Origin: Tubiluchus corallicola
Taxonomy: Eukaryota; Animalia; Priapulida
Direction: 5' to 3'
Length of the DNA: 64,000 nt
Assembly (NCBI GenBank): GCA_030141605.1
Contig: JAQGDQ010000053.1
Span: 558,001 to 622,000, forward strand
Part shown: positions 12,421 to 26,494 of the stretch, in pieces
Layout of the letters: every line of letters starts with the position of its first letter
How positions within the stretch are numbered: position 1 is the stretch's first letter
The notes under the pieces: model-generated
The model's input: only the letters and a program-made list of their open reading frames with translations
Database searches by the model: none
Told to the model about the DNA's origin: nothing
Program-made: the position numbers and the translations under genes

Positions 12421-14439
12421 GAGATCACACACACAAAAACAGAAGGGCACTAAAGTACGACATGTTCAGCACATTGAATTTGTATTATAGTTGGCACTTC
12501 TGTGGTCTACTAATAGCGCATTTGCACTAAATCTATTTTATTTAAAAAACTAGAAATACAGCCTATATAATACTGTGATAAAATAAGACTATCTTGTTGG
12601 TACACTTTTCCGTAATGCTGCACAATTGTGCATCAATTTTGTTATTTTTGATAAGCGCTAATGAATTAATTTCTTAATCAGGAGTAAACATGAAAAGTTC
12701 CTGACAACTTATGGCAAATATATTCTTGGTATATAGAGAACAATTGCACATTGTTGGATGATATGTATCTAACTGCACATTCCAATATTACTATCAAAGA
12801 GACCTAGGTGCACATTGACCTCATTGCTGTATTAGAGTTATAATGTAATGGCATCTGTTTTAGAATGATATTTTGAGGTTTTTAACCCTTAGCTGTTGAC
12901 AGCAGTGTGTATGTTTCCCTTTGCCCACCTTGTCAGTGATGCTCGTGTGTCAGCTAATGTGTGCACAGTGCACTGGCAACATTTGGTGTAAATTTGGCCT
13001 GATTGTTAAATGACGGTAGTTTGAAGTACTGCTGAAACAACGGGGAACTATCCTGATTGAAATGTTTTGTATCTAATCTTTGTGCATCTCATACAGCTTG
13101 CAGTCTTGAGGGATGTAATAGAAGTAATAACCGAAACACTCAGAGGTTTTTTCGATCCAACTATGAATGATATAGAACTTTTTTGGCACTCATGCAGCTT
13201 CATCAAACATGTTGAGACAGGAGCTAATTTGAAAGACTGAACAACTATAGAGCTTGAGGCCAAAAGGCAGTTCATCGGTATGCCGTGCAGCACTCCACAG
13301 TATAGTGATTAAAATCTGAGTTAGTATTAATTTTCCAAATCCGTTTAATCCATGGCAAGTCTATTGTTGTTTGTTGTGCAGATAATATGCAAAGAAATAT
13401 TGGGACCAATGTTAATGTTATAGTGTAACGTTTTGTTTAGTAGTACATTGTGTTATAGTGTGGAAAGACTTGATTAAACATAGGAAAATGCAACACCAAT
13501 TGTCAATGTTATTAAGAAATCTACTATTTAGTTCATGTACAGCTAATGCAGCACAGCTGAGCGATTCTTTTCCAAAAACAGATTGGTATTCCAATATACA
13601 TATAGATATAATAGTATTGTGTTTATCTTTATTTGTCAATACTAGTATTCGTCTAGCCTTTTAAAAATGAGTTTTTCAAAGATTTTTAGATGTTGCAAAA
13701 ATGTCAGACAAGATGATGTAGGACGAGATACTGGTCGTTATGGCAAGGTAATTACCACACTCTGATGTAAACATGGTGTCACCATCGACATAAGCAAAGC
13801 TCCAAATGCACAAGGCATTATTGAAGTAAAGATCAAAGTTAAAAAAAAATCATGTATTGGTTTTTGTAATGACATCTTGCTAAGTGCCATGCTATAGCTC
13901 GTGATGTATGTATGCAGAAAAGTCTGGAAAGCCATCCGTCAACACCCCCCCCAAAAAAAAAACAAAAAAGTAACTCAACAAAAATTTGTAGCAAAGTTAT
14001 CAGTCTGTACTTTTTGCCTTTGACAAAACCAAATCTACTAGTGAAACCAGCAGAAAGGATGATGTCAAAAATTCTGAAAAGGCAATTAATAGCCAAGAGG
14101 ATACCAATATCACCTTTGTAACATTCAGCAATGGGCTTAAAAAGTATTCACTAGTACATAAACCTACAGCACTCAATAGTTCAATCTCATTAACATTTGC
14201 TGATGCTGTTTCAACCTCATTTCACAATGAAAACGATCATCAAATGAATGAAACTGAAACAGTACATAAGACTGTTGTAAGTCCTGCTGTACCATGCAGA
14301 CCATCTTGCCCCCACTGTTCCATCCTAATGACAGCTCTGATAAATCAGACAGCAGTAGCGATTGTACTCCTATTGATGCCAGTAATTGACATAGTGCTCC
14401 TCATTACATGATCGGCAAAGAAGTCTCTTATCTGGGTTT

Positions 14440-14699
14440 TGCTTTAACTGTAATGGTTGCACCAACACGTTATCTTTTCTGAAAACCCTGATTTCATTTG
14501 CTTAACAGAAACATGGTTCACTAGTGATTACAGATGTCATGATTTGTCCTCTATCTTATAATGTTGTAAGATGTGATAATGAGGCAAAATGCTTTTCCAC
14601 AAGCCATGCATACATTCATTTTCAGCAATCTATACATCAAACAAAAGGTCCAGACCCACAGATTTGCCATCGGGGGTTTCTATATATATATATATATAT

Positions 14700-14735
<36 letters not shown>

Positions 14736-16300
14736 ACCGAAAGTAATATATACGATTAAAATGCAATAAATGTTGTTCTAGGGGTTGGTTCTCCCTTTAA
14801 TATTCACCCACCTCTTGTCCTCCCGTAGACTGACTGGAACGCAGATAATCTCAATAATGCTGAGTTTTCAGTCCATGATGTGTACCTTAATTGTTGCTTT
14901 AAAACTTTAAAGCCAACTGACCGGACAATATCCATGGTTTCAACTTACAATATTGTGCAAGGGCAATTAGCCCCACAACTATTTTTGCCATTTCGTTAAT
15001 AACTGGTTTCGTCTTGTGTCCCTCAAAGTAGGATGGATTCTAACGTCAGTCTCATCCCCAAACAGTCCACTGCCTGCCCATTTTGTGATAATCTAACACA
15101 TATATTTAATTTCAGTAGTCACCTAATGCTCCAAAGAGATTCTTTGAGACGAGGTATTGTGATTTTTGATTAGGACAAAACCAAATATGCAAGAACCATC
15201 ATGGCTCACTTCCTCAGATATCAACAGTATCTAAACTACTTTCTTGCTTGAACGAATGGTTCGATGACCCCTCGTAGCCTAGTATTGACGTTCCTGTATC
15301 TTGGCTTTAAGAAGGCTTATGATTCAGTGTGTCATCAACGTCCTTTGGTGAAGACAGAATATGTAGGAATAAGAGGCAACATCATCGCATGATTCAGTAC
15401 TTCATGTCAAACTACCTGCTACGTGTACCTTGAATGGTTTAAACACAGGTTGGAAATGTGTCCACAATGGTACACATCATGGCACCCTCAGTGGCCCCTA
15501 TTTTTCCTAATCTTCACAAACAATATTACGAATTGCATATCAACTGGAACATCATTGACCTTGCATGTTGATGTTTTAAGCTATACCGTATGATATGAGT
15601 TGAAAGTGATAGGTGTATACTACAACTTGACCTCAACAACATTGAAAAATGGTATAAAGGATGGTTATTGGAGCTTAAAAAACACAGAAGAGCCATCTTT
15701 CGCATATCTGCCCTATGAGTCAAACTCCATATTAAAGACAGACCCATTGAGGATAAATCATCTCCTAAAGGTCTTAACATCGCAATAACGAGTGATTTAA
15801 AGGGGAATGACCACATAGGCATTTCATTTCCCAAACAAATCAACACACAGACACGGGCATGATCAAACATTGGATCACAAAGCCTCGATAATCATTCCAC
15901 CTTACAAGGCTGTTATGCACCCAATTCTTAAAATTGAGTATACTTCCGTAGTCTGGTCACTGAAGTGCTTCACTCTTAATTACTATTTGGAAAAAACACA
16001 AAACTCTTGTGTTCGAGTACGTGAAGATTGATGCTGACCCATATAGGATATCAGCTCTGGAACAATTGAGGAAGACCATCGACCTTATCAAGTGATTAAT
16101 GAAGATAACCAATGGATCACTCATGTTAAAGAGGATGATTTTTTCCATGCCCTCCTAGACGCGTCTGTGGACTTCCCTCCAAACTATTTGTTCCTTTTTG
16201 ACGAATTATTATTCTATCCTAATTTTTGGCCTCCCACGTCATCAACCCTTGGAATAAATTACCAACGGCAACTATTCAAACACCATAATAATGGCAGTCA
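14440..16300 (+). mobile_element. Second decayed LINE remnant related to the 9290-10990 element, interrupted by a (TA)n tract at ~14680-14732
   Basis: SENPDFICLTETWF (endonuclease); LYLGFKKAYDSVCHQRPLVK and GTLSGP (RT); heavily broken frames. Confidence 0.75.
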
Positions 16301-17408
16301 TTTTTGAGAATAGGCCGTGAACAAGTTCAACTACAGGTCTCTATAATTATAATGACTCTGAAAGGTAATATTGCAAGGTAAGAATATATACCGATGACCT
16401 GGGCCTATAGAAGTGAGTCTAGTGCCAATGCCACTTAGATGGATTTTATGTGACTTAGATTTGTACATTGCAATTATTTTTGCCAGTTTTAAAATCCTGG
16501 GAAATAATTATGCCGTCAGTAACCATTATTGACTTATTGCCAAGTGTCTTTAGGAATGGTGTGATAATTCTGATGGCTAGTTTGTAATAATAAGTAACTG
16601 AAATACTCTCCGGACTGCAGATTTATTTTTGTTTATTGGTTGTTGATTTCCGCGTGGGGGCGTAAATGTCTGCCCGTGCTTCTTGTTCAAGTTATGGCAA
16701 AGGAAACAAACCAAAAATGCCCCAGTAAGAATATTTGCAAGATTTCTTCTATTGAATGTGTGCGTAAATAAGAATGGAAACGGTGTACACTGCACACTGG
16801 TGCATATTGCATATTCCGACACTGCACAGGACGTTGTGCAGGTGTAATGTTTAGTAGGCATCTACAATACGAACTTTTCAGTAGTTGCTGCAAATCATGC
16901 CGTGCAAGAAGTTAGCGTGACAGAGCTATCTTCATATATCTTGTTATTGTATCTGTAGCTCAACATCTTAAGCAGAATCTGATACTGCATTTGCGTAATG
17001 CTTACGCCAATAGGCATTTTCCTTCATGGGAGGAAGACCTTGCAGACAGAGCTTGAGTCAGGAAGAAATTGCCACAACGAGTTTTACCTAGTGACGGATA
17101 GATTTAATTAACTCACTGTCAACATGAAACTTCAAATTTAGCATGATTATACTTGCTAATGCTATTGGGCTGGCGGCTGTTCCTGCTGCTACGAAATTGT
17201 CATTGGAACAGTGAAACTGGAAGATGTTTACTGCAGGTTCAGAGAATTTGAATTGTAACCAATAATACATCAACAAACAAACATAATATTTGGCATATGT
17301 TTGTTTTCAACCTGACCAGCCATTTGTCAATGCTGGTATTCAGTGGGCTCCGATATGCCCTATAACCGCAGTTCTTGTTGCCTAAAGAATACCTTCCACA
17401 TTAAAAGA

Positions 17409-18482
17409 ATGAGATTTAGTTGTGGAAAGCTTATAATTATTTTAGTGTGCATAATCGTAATACTTCAGATTCTTCACATATCACTACTAAGTCGGCTAGA
17501 CTCAAAAACACATCATCAAGCTAATGTTATGTTTGGTGCAATTACTGGTGCTAAAGGTGATGACTTCATAAAGGCTGATAGGGATAGCATGAGACTGTCC
17601 CTTATGAATACTGGTGTTGTGGATTCCAGTGGTGAGTTTAATATTATTCGCAACTTAGTGACTAGTGAAGCTGTTGAGCAACACCTACAGGGTCATGATG
17701 ACATAACTGTGATTACACAAGCATCTGTGGATAACCTACATCACTTAGTTTTGCTCAGTCAACGTTGGAAAGGACCAATCGCGCTTACTGTTTTTGTGTC
17801 TAATGACGATCTTTCAGCTGCAATTGATACCATTGGTAACTTGCGTCGTTGTTTCCTTTCCATTAGGCAGAATGTGACTTTTCATCTTGTTCATCCTCTT
17901 AGTCATCCACCTTCTGATTTAGATCTCATTGACACTTTGCCTCAGTGGAATTGTGCTGATTATCAAAATGTTAAAAAGAGAACTGCACTAAATTATTCTT
18001 ATAAAGGCTTACCGTTTCCCGTGAACTTGCTTCGCAATGTTGCCAAGGATGTTGCTTCTACAGAATTTATTTTTATTGTAGATGTAGACATGGTCCCTAA
18101 TTTTGATCTTCATGCTGATTTCTTGAAGTTTGCTCGGCAGAAAAATTTGTTTGAACAATCTAGTGATTATGAGGACAAAACTGTGTACGTAGTACCAGCT
18201 TTTGAAATAAAGGAAAACTCATATATACCAAAGCATAAAAAAGAACTTATTCCACTTTTAGAAGAAATGAGTGTAAGACCTTTTTACTACGAAATGTGCT
18301 GGAAATGTCAAAAACATTCTGGGTACGACTCATGGCAGAGAGATAAGTCATATTACAAGGAAACACAGGTATTGTTTGAAATATTATGGCAAGATCCCTG
18401 GGAACCATTCTACATAGGGAAGAAAAATGTTCCTGTGTATGATGAACGATTCAAGCAGTACGGATTCAACAGAATTTCCCAG
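17409..18482 (+). CDS. B4GAT1: B4GAT1 coding exon 1
   Basis: Long ORF ending RISQ then CAG|GTGGGT donor. Confidence 0.93.
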
Positions 18483-21400
18483 GTGGGTGGCTTGATATGT
18501 TTTTTTAATTTAACATGCATTCTTTATGAGCAGAGTTTTCTAACTTGTGTGGCAAGCCAGCTTACTAGTGAACAAATTTTTCCTTGAAACTGAAAGCATA
18601 ATAGGTTTTAGAAAGTCACTAAACCATTTACAGGCAAAAGTTGTTAACAATGTAAATGAGTTTTGAGGGTGTAATTTTGCAAGATGACCAAAGGCATTGA
18701 CTAAATCCATTGTAAAGTCTAAACTAAAGAATTTTTTACTTTGAGTAGCTCAGCTTATTATTGAGTTTTGATTATTGATATTTGCTGTTAGACGATGTTG
18801 GTGAAACTTTGGTGGCACCTGAGTTAACTACTTATTTTTAAAGCACCTTATTATAATTTTGTTTCTTTAGTTTTTAAATATTTGTTTTTAGGAGTTTCGA
18901 CATGCTGATAATTTTTAATATTAGGCTTTTGAACTTTAGCCATACTGCCATAGTGGCCACAATTATTCAGGGATCCCAAGGTCAGGGAAAATCATGGAAA
19001 TACAGGCTATCCTGGAAAGTCATGGAAAAGTCAGAAAAAAGATCATTTGGTAAAAAGTCAGAAAAAAAACTTATGAACATGGGCAGAAACTCAGGAAAAT
19101 TGGAAAGGGTTGCAAAAATAATCACCGTGAAGCATATTTATTTTTCATATTTTTCAGCGATTCATGTTCAAATAAAATTTTGCTATGGCAGGCTCCCAGT
19201 TTTAATTTCTGTGTTCCAAAAATAATGATTGGCCAATATATTATATGTCAGTATGTGTATGAACGTTCATACACAAAAATGCTTGTATATGTATACTGGT
19301 AATGCAATTTCTGATTATCTTGGTCATGGAAAATCAGTATTTGGTCAGAAAAAATTCATGGAAAGGTCAGGGAAATTTATTTTAGAACGGTTGAATGCTG
19401 GATACCAACTTGCACAGAGCTGAATTGTATAAAAAAAATCACATGCGGCATATTTCTAAGTTAGAGAAATTGTTTTTTATGCTGTGATGATATGTAACTG
19501 CAGGTTTACAAAAATTACCTGGGAGAGATGCACCCTTATATTGCTCCTTAATTGTTACTGAAGCAAACAAATTGAAATAACCAGTTTTCAAAATGTGTGA
19601 AACATTTTGCTGCATCATAAATTGCATTGGAATTTAGAAGCAGCATGAGTTAAATTTGGAAAGTTTTGAAGCATTTTTTTCTTTTTATGACTTCCATAAT
19701 GTTTAATGTGCATTGAAATTGCTTACAGCATTTACCCAGCTGATAAAAGTAAATGCTAACTGAAATTTAGCTTATTTACATGGTATATCTCCCTTGCTCT
19801 TTAATATTGGAAGATGGTGGTTCAGATTAGGTGCCTTATTTATTACAACTGTACGTTATATTTTAGTTTTACCTTGGTTGAAAACCAGTTAAGTTGGGAA
19901 TTGCTGGGTTGGCAGAGTCACATTCTGATTACTTTAAATTCTATATATCGATTGTTTTGTTTTAAATAACTTATATATATTGTGGATGATTATAACATAT
20001 TGATAATATTTAATGCTAGGTTTTTGAATAACATAACAGGCTTTTAAACATCAATTTACTCCTGCAGTGATTACCTATTATTATAATTTAGCAAGGCTTT
20101 TTACTAAAGCTACTTTATCAGTTAAGTAAGGGTCTACGTAATCATAATTGAAATTTTTTATTAAAATGGGCTTTTGTGTACAATATTACTAGAATGTGGA
20201 TTAACAGCGATTTACTTGTACAGTGACTGGGGAACCCATGCTTTACTGTGCACAAATGCATCTATACATGTGGCTAACAAGTTGCCTGTTACTTTATTCA
20301 GAAGCTACGATGTTTTCAGTTTGCCGTGTACCATGATTTACGTTACGCTAGGCTAGTGTTTGGATTTGAAGCCATCTGGCATAGATTGAGTAATCCAAGA
20401 TTCAAGCTATTAAGAAACAGGAGCCACATGTTGGCTAATAAAATTATGTAGCATGGAATGATGTATATACTTGAATATACTGCCCAGAACTTCTATATAT
20501 ATATATAGAGAGAGAGAAAGCCTAGAGCATTAAAATAAAATTTTATGACGATTTCCCACAAAAATGAATACTGTGGCGACTGCTATTGCACACAGACTTG
20601 CTAACACACACATAGTGTATAAATAGTCCTTAACACTGAGGGTGAATATACATTTAAATGTTTGCAGCAGTACCAATTAGTATAACATTCTACAAATTTT
20701 CCTTGTACTTTGTTCGTAGCTTTGGCAAACGTATAAAGAACGGGATGCTTATATTTTGTCTTTTCATGTAAAGTTTCATTATATTATGCAACAGTACGGC
20801 AGTAACTATTTTTTAATATGTCTCTCTGTGTTTTAACTTGCTAATTTGGTAAGGAGACAGAAAACAGCTGTTTATTTTGTTTTTAAATTAATTAATTAAA
20901 ATCATTTTGCCAACTCCGCCAAATTGTAGGACATGCATTTTTCCACACCATTTTGTACTGCAATTTGCTCTTACGACCTATACAGCCGAAACTGATGATT
21001 GATTTCAGTCCAAAGCAGTTATTCTATAATGTAGTTAAATGGAAGAAATGGTGATATTAAAGCGCAAGACAACCCTCCACTTACACAAAGCTCAAAAAAT
21101 TTGTCTTGAATTTTATACAGCTTACATACAGCCTTTTTGCATGCAGGGCATGCGTCGGCAGTCACGCTGTATAAAACATTTAAATTTAATCTCCCGCATT
21201 GACCGTTAGGCGCAGCCATTTTGATGGTAAGTCGTTTGAAACAAGTTTAGATAACACTGGGTAACGTTTGAAAAAATAGTCAGGGAATTCGTAACGCACA
21301 CGTCACTAACTAAGTAAAATGTTAAATTACTGTATCCTGTCAATAAGCTTAAAAATACGTTTTTGGTTACTGAGTGGCGCACCCTGAATGGTGAGTGAGC

Positions 21401-24400
21401 GACATTTTACCAATTGGCACAAACATTTTAAATTATTATTTCAAGTTACATAAGTCTTTTCAGCAGGTAAGCGAAATGCTAAGTAATATGGATTTGCATG
21501 GAAAGTTTTTTGGGACATAATTTAACATTTCTTTTTTCTTCCAATGATTTACGTTTGCGTAGTGACGTCATGTAATCGGAACAGTATTGCGGGAGATTTA
21601 AAATGAAAACAAACAAAAATTCCTTTTAACGCAAGTGCCATATACACATAAAATTGCTATAAAGTAATATAATTTTTTAAGGGGATTTTTCTGAAACCTA
21701 CTTCAGGTACCCTTTTCTTGTCCTTTAAGCATGTGCTCTATGATATTATAAACGTTATAAATTATGGGTTCCTTCAAATTTTTCATCACTGATTATGACC
21801 TTGAAATTAAGATCATTTACGTTTCCTACTAATTATCATATGCTCAAAAGTAATTACAAACATAATTAATTAGTTGGTAATTAATTAAATGAAATTGCTG
21901 AACAATTGGATTCAAATCCAAAGTTAATTATCAGACTTTATGACCTTGTATTATCTTTATTATCTAATTTCTTAGCTTCCTAAAAAGTAATTTTGGATCC
22001 TATTTATTTGACTCTAAAATCTTTGAATGTGAATGATCTGCCTTTAATAAAATTATAGTGCATCTCACGTACCCACACGTCTTTTACCGTATTTGCTGGG
22101 CATTATTTGATCAATTACCTGCAAATTTACTGCGTAGAAAAGCATCTCGCGTCACAGCGAATCTACCAAATGGCCAATGTTCCGAAAAAAGATGTTGAGT
22201 ATACGCGAGATTCTATTGTTGACGGGAACTACCTCAGGAAATAAATCGCTATAAATTGCGAAAATGCAGTCACTGTGTGGCAAACTGAATAGAGTCAGCG
22301 ACAATTTCACAAGCTGTTACAGCTTTGTGGTGGTAGACAGGAATCATTTTGCATGATTATTCGGGATTTATTTTCCTAAAAATTGCCTTCTTTCAAAAAT
22401 ACTGATATAATACATTTTCGAATCGATTTTGTAAACCCGTCAAAATACAGACAGCTGATGTCACTCACTTTCAGAATTTAGATTCAAAAACGAAAACAAA
22501 TATTGTGCTGATACTTCTGTTCTTTTTGGCTTCGTTTTAAAATAGACTTGATATGTATTCTGAACTTTAGAAGTCACGAGCTCAAAACATTAGGTTGCGT
22601 TTAAAATAATCGTGGTAAAGTGTGAATGAAGGCCATAGATTAAAAAACTAAAAGACTAAATTTTTCGGTTTTACCGCTTTAGAAAATTTAGAATTATGTT
22701 ATGAAACATATTGTTCTGCTTTTAGTTTGTTTTCTTAAATTTAACAACAACTCGTAGTTTTTTAATCAGCTACCCATATTTTAATGCGCTGCTTGACTGT
22801 GTGAAGTAGCCTACTTGTACAGCTGCTAACAATCATTTTAGCCAATTGATTAAAACTCGGCGTAATATAAAGTTTCACGTTGAAACTAAATCACTCTGTC
22901 CACTTACTGATTAGCTTGTCAAAACCAAATTGTTTTTGTAGCCTGGGGACATTTTGCTGCCAAAGTGCTTTTATATACAAAATGACATTGCTACATTAAG
23001 GTGACGCATTAAAGAGGCAAACTTTTTAAATTAAATCAATATCTACATTCAAGCGTTGATAAGTAATTGCATGCTATGATAGTTATTATTCATGAACGTT
23101 TTGAGACATCTCACCATTCTTACTTAAATGTGGGCTGTATACAGGGTATGTCAAAAGGTCCTAAAATGCGAGTGTTTCCGTAGTAGAGAAATTGTCCAGT
23201 GGTTTTGTACTGACCACGAAACTATTTATACTAGTATAATTGAAAACTGTCAGATTATTAATATTTGATATCCCGTTATTTCTAAATTTGCTCTTATAAA
23301 TAAGAAACTTAGAAGATTCCTCTTTCAATGCTACTTTGGTGTTTGTGAACTTCTGTAGGACGCTGAAAAATAAAAACCTGAAAAGTTTTACTACTTTTGA
23401 TTGACGTACATAACTGATAATATACTTGGAACAACCCTGACGTCTTATAAAGTTGTTTGGGAATCGCTAAATGTGCGCTTAGCTACGATTGTTAAGCAGT
23501 ACAGAGCTTGACTAGTAACCCGATGGTTGATTGTCAATAAAACTGTTTCTGGATTATTTCAACCGCTATACTGCATCCTGTCCTTCCTGCTAGGTACGTT
23601 GAGTACAATACGTGTCATCATGGCTAAGGTACCTCTGCCAGTTCAGCGCTTTTCCTTAAAATATTCTATTTAGGTAGATTTTGGTTCTGCTGAAATTATT
23701 TAATATTATAAGTAAAGCCTGCCATTGTGTGCCAGATTACAGTTTACCAGTCTGTATAAAAAATTTTAGCAATTGGCACTCATTTTGATCGATTGGTAGC
23801 CCAAAAAGAATACACATAATAATTAAGGGACGCATTAAGTTGAAATTTATGCTTCATAGCACTTATATTTTGTTTTTTTGTGTGCATATATAATTTTTAG
23901 ATATGGTGTTGTTTGAATTTGTTGTACTTCTCTATGTGAAAAATTTGATAAATTACTGCTTTAGACTGTCACACTTTTCTCAATATAGTCTTGATATTAT
24001 AACTATCGGCCGCGATTGCCGACATTAACTGTATCGCGCATTTCTAGAAATCATGAATTTGGTAACATTTTAATAAAGGTATTAAATTTTTACATATGTA
24101 GTTTAGAAGAATATTACATCAGTCTCTGGTTGAAGCTCACTGAAATACTCCTGGGTAGAAAAGAGCTGTGCAAAAATTGGCTTGGCAAATATTGAGATAC
24201 TCACTTGTACGGCAGTTGACAATCTTGTCATTATAACATTTCAATGTTATTGCATCGTCTCAGCTGCGTCTCAATTTTCGTTCATTTTGCAGAAATAAAT
24301 ATAGAATGTTTGATCTACGAACCACCATTGGCTGCAGGTATACGATCTCGTGAATGTTACGCTCTGTGGGCTATTGTATAAATATCAGCGATTCAGTGCT

Positions 24401-26494
24401 GTATTATCAGCTACCGCGCTGTTTGTCTCCAATTACTGTAATTTTGATTTTCAAACCGATTTAATTGCACTTAATCAAACAAGAGACAAAACTAAGAATA
24501 ATGTGTCTTCTAGTTAAAATCTTGACCAGACTATGGTTGAAAACCTGCTGTATATGCAGGTATATGAATATGTAGGTAACTGAATAGTACATACTATAGA
24601 AGAATGCAGATTTGTTTAACCAAAACATGCAGCCAGTTTCTGACGTTAGAAACTTTTGGATGAAATAAAATAAAATTACAATCAATCAGTCAATTAATCT
24701 AAATGACATTTTGGACTATTTGTTGCCGGATGAATCACACGTGTTGCAGCACCACTTAGGGTATGTCCTGCGTGAGTTGAAATTTATAGATCTGTGTACA
24801 AGATGCAGTATAGCGATTATGAAAAGACGATTTGCATTCAGTTTTTCGCGTTTACATTTTACAGTCTTTCGCCTTTTTTCATTATCACAGAAATTCTCAA
24901 CTAAGAGGGAGACTCACAAGGGGGGGAGCGGCGATTTTATAATTTCGAGTGGGAAATGGGGCCACCGATTGATAGACTTGCACTGTTGGAATTGTATTCA
25001 TTCCATGTGCAGGACATCACACTATATGCCACAATGAAGTTAAAAATTACTTCTGTTCAAGTTCTAAGACATTTTCTGCTTGTAAAGATCCATTATAAGA
25101 TATTCCACGTAATCTAATATGTAATAGAATCAGAAAATCTTGGATAGGGCGAATGACATTATAACTTATGATGAAATGAGTACTTGGGCAAAAAAGGCTT
25201 AAGAACCACTGATTTATTTTTATTTAGTTAATTAACATGTAATGATATTTCGCCGCACGAGTATCACCTGGTACTTAAGGACTGAAAACAATACGCAATA
25301 GTATTCTTTTGTTATTGAATTTAAGCACGTTGGTGAAGTTTCGGTGAAATTTTTGTGACTGATTACTTACTCTAATCGAGATCATCCCGCGCGTCAAAGT
25401 TCGGCTTTTACGTTTTTGCTGATGGGTTTCCAGTTTTACAATCTGCGCTAGCTTATTGCAGTCATTTTCTCTGTGCATCCGTCAGATTTTATGCCTTGTT
25501 TTACAGTCTAGCTGCAGAGAATAGAGCCAAATTTCAATTAAGTTGAGTAATAAAAACCACCTTAATGGAAATTGAAGAAAGGTTTGGACTGTGGGATGTT
25601 ATCGATGGAAGTCGAAGTGCATTTATGTAATGTAGGTTTCGGAAAGCTGTTCTCCTTACTTTGATGCTTTCATTATAGTTTATCATTCTTTTTTACTTGT
25701 GCTGCCCATGTCCAGAACTTACCTGGTATTGTGTTGCGTGCAGTACTCTGTCTTAATATAAATCTCTGTGTTATGATAGAAAACCTTCATATGAATAGCA
25801 GTTTTGTGCTGTGGTACTGCCAGACCCAGTAGTGCTGGATTGTTTTGGGACACGCAGACTGGCTGGATGATAAATAATTATTTTTGCCAAACTCTTCCTT
25901 CGTGAAATTAAGAAATCGATTTATCAAGCCGGTTTTTTGTACATGTGAATATAGTTTTTACTGGAAATGTATATGTTACTTTTGCTGTTAGAAATTTTAG
26001 AGCTAAATAATAATACTAACTTGATAATTAAAGAACAAATTAAACTATTTTCATTTGAAACTCTTCTTTATGAGCTCATTAAATGTGAAAGATAGCTGTG
26101 TTGTCAGAAAGAACTATACGATAACTCTAACGGTAAAAGGCATAATCATAAAAATGAACAAGGTTTAGTTTTTCCAGCCATTGACTGTCTTTTACATTTG
26201 ATCAGCCGTCAAAGAATTGCAAATGAATATATGACCTGAGCCTAAAACGTCAAATTAACTAGAATACACCATCAATTGAATTCTTATTCAATATTATAGG
26301 TGTGTGAACTTCACGTAGCTGGATATCGATTCTCTGTTCTCAACAATGCTTTTCTCATACATAGAGGATTTAAGACGGTCTCCTCGTTTCACAAAGAGAA
26401 GGATCAAGATAACGAACGCAATAAATTCCTTTACAGACAATTTAAAACCGAACTGAAAGAGAAATATAAAGACAGCTCGCGTCACTGCTACTGA
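17409..26494 (+). CDS. B4GAT1: Beta-1,4-glucuronyltransferase 1 (GT49 family), 2 coding exons
   Basis: Exons 17409-18482 (in-frame upstream ATG at 17355 possible) and 26300-26494. Type II TM anchor LIIILVCIIVILQILHISLL; RWKGPIAL, FPVNLLRNVA, DVD (DxD), VYVVPAFE, WEPFYIG, YDERFKQYGFNRISQ|VCELHVAGYRFSVLNNAFLIHRGFK. Confidence 0.95.
18968..19408. mobile_element. Non-autonomous DNA transposon (hAT-like MITE) with TCA(G/T)GGAAA subterminal repeats
   Basis: Starts cagggatcccaaggtcagggaaa; repeated tcagggaaa/tcatggaaa motifs near both ends. Confidence 0.5.
21057..21728. mobile_element. TTAA-bounded non-autonomous element (Kolobok-like); partial second copy at ~30685-30998
   Basis: ttaaagcgcaagacaa ... 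ttcttgtcctttaa weak TIRs; 21245-21540 aligns by eye with 30685-30990. Confidence 0.45.
23142..23439. mobile_element. Tc1/mariner-type MITE
   Basis: ta-cagggtatgtcaaa ... ttggaacaaccctg, imperfect CAGGGT termini. Confidence 0.35.
26300..26494 (+). CDS. B4GAT1: B4GAT1 coding exon 2
   Basis: tatAG acceptor, VCELHVAGY...SSRHCY-stop. Confidence 0.93.
   Translation: MCELHVAGYRFSVLNNAFLIHRGFKTVSSFHKEKDQDNERNKFLYRQFKTELKEKYKDSSRHCY

Noticed and set aside
12175-12490. ER/LS dipeptide ORFs
   Set aside because: GA microsatellite artefacts
18483-18587. C-terminal 34 aa of the 414-aa ORF
   Set aside because: Intron read-through past the CAG|GT donor; the conserved C-terminus is at 26300-26494
22995-25565. 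Possible TTAA-bounded element(s) in the B4GAT1 intron
   Set aside because: Terminal matches too weak to set boundaries; no coding relic recognised
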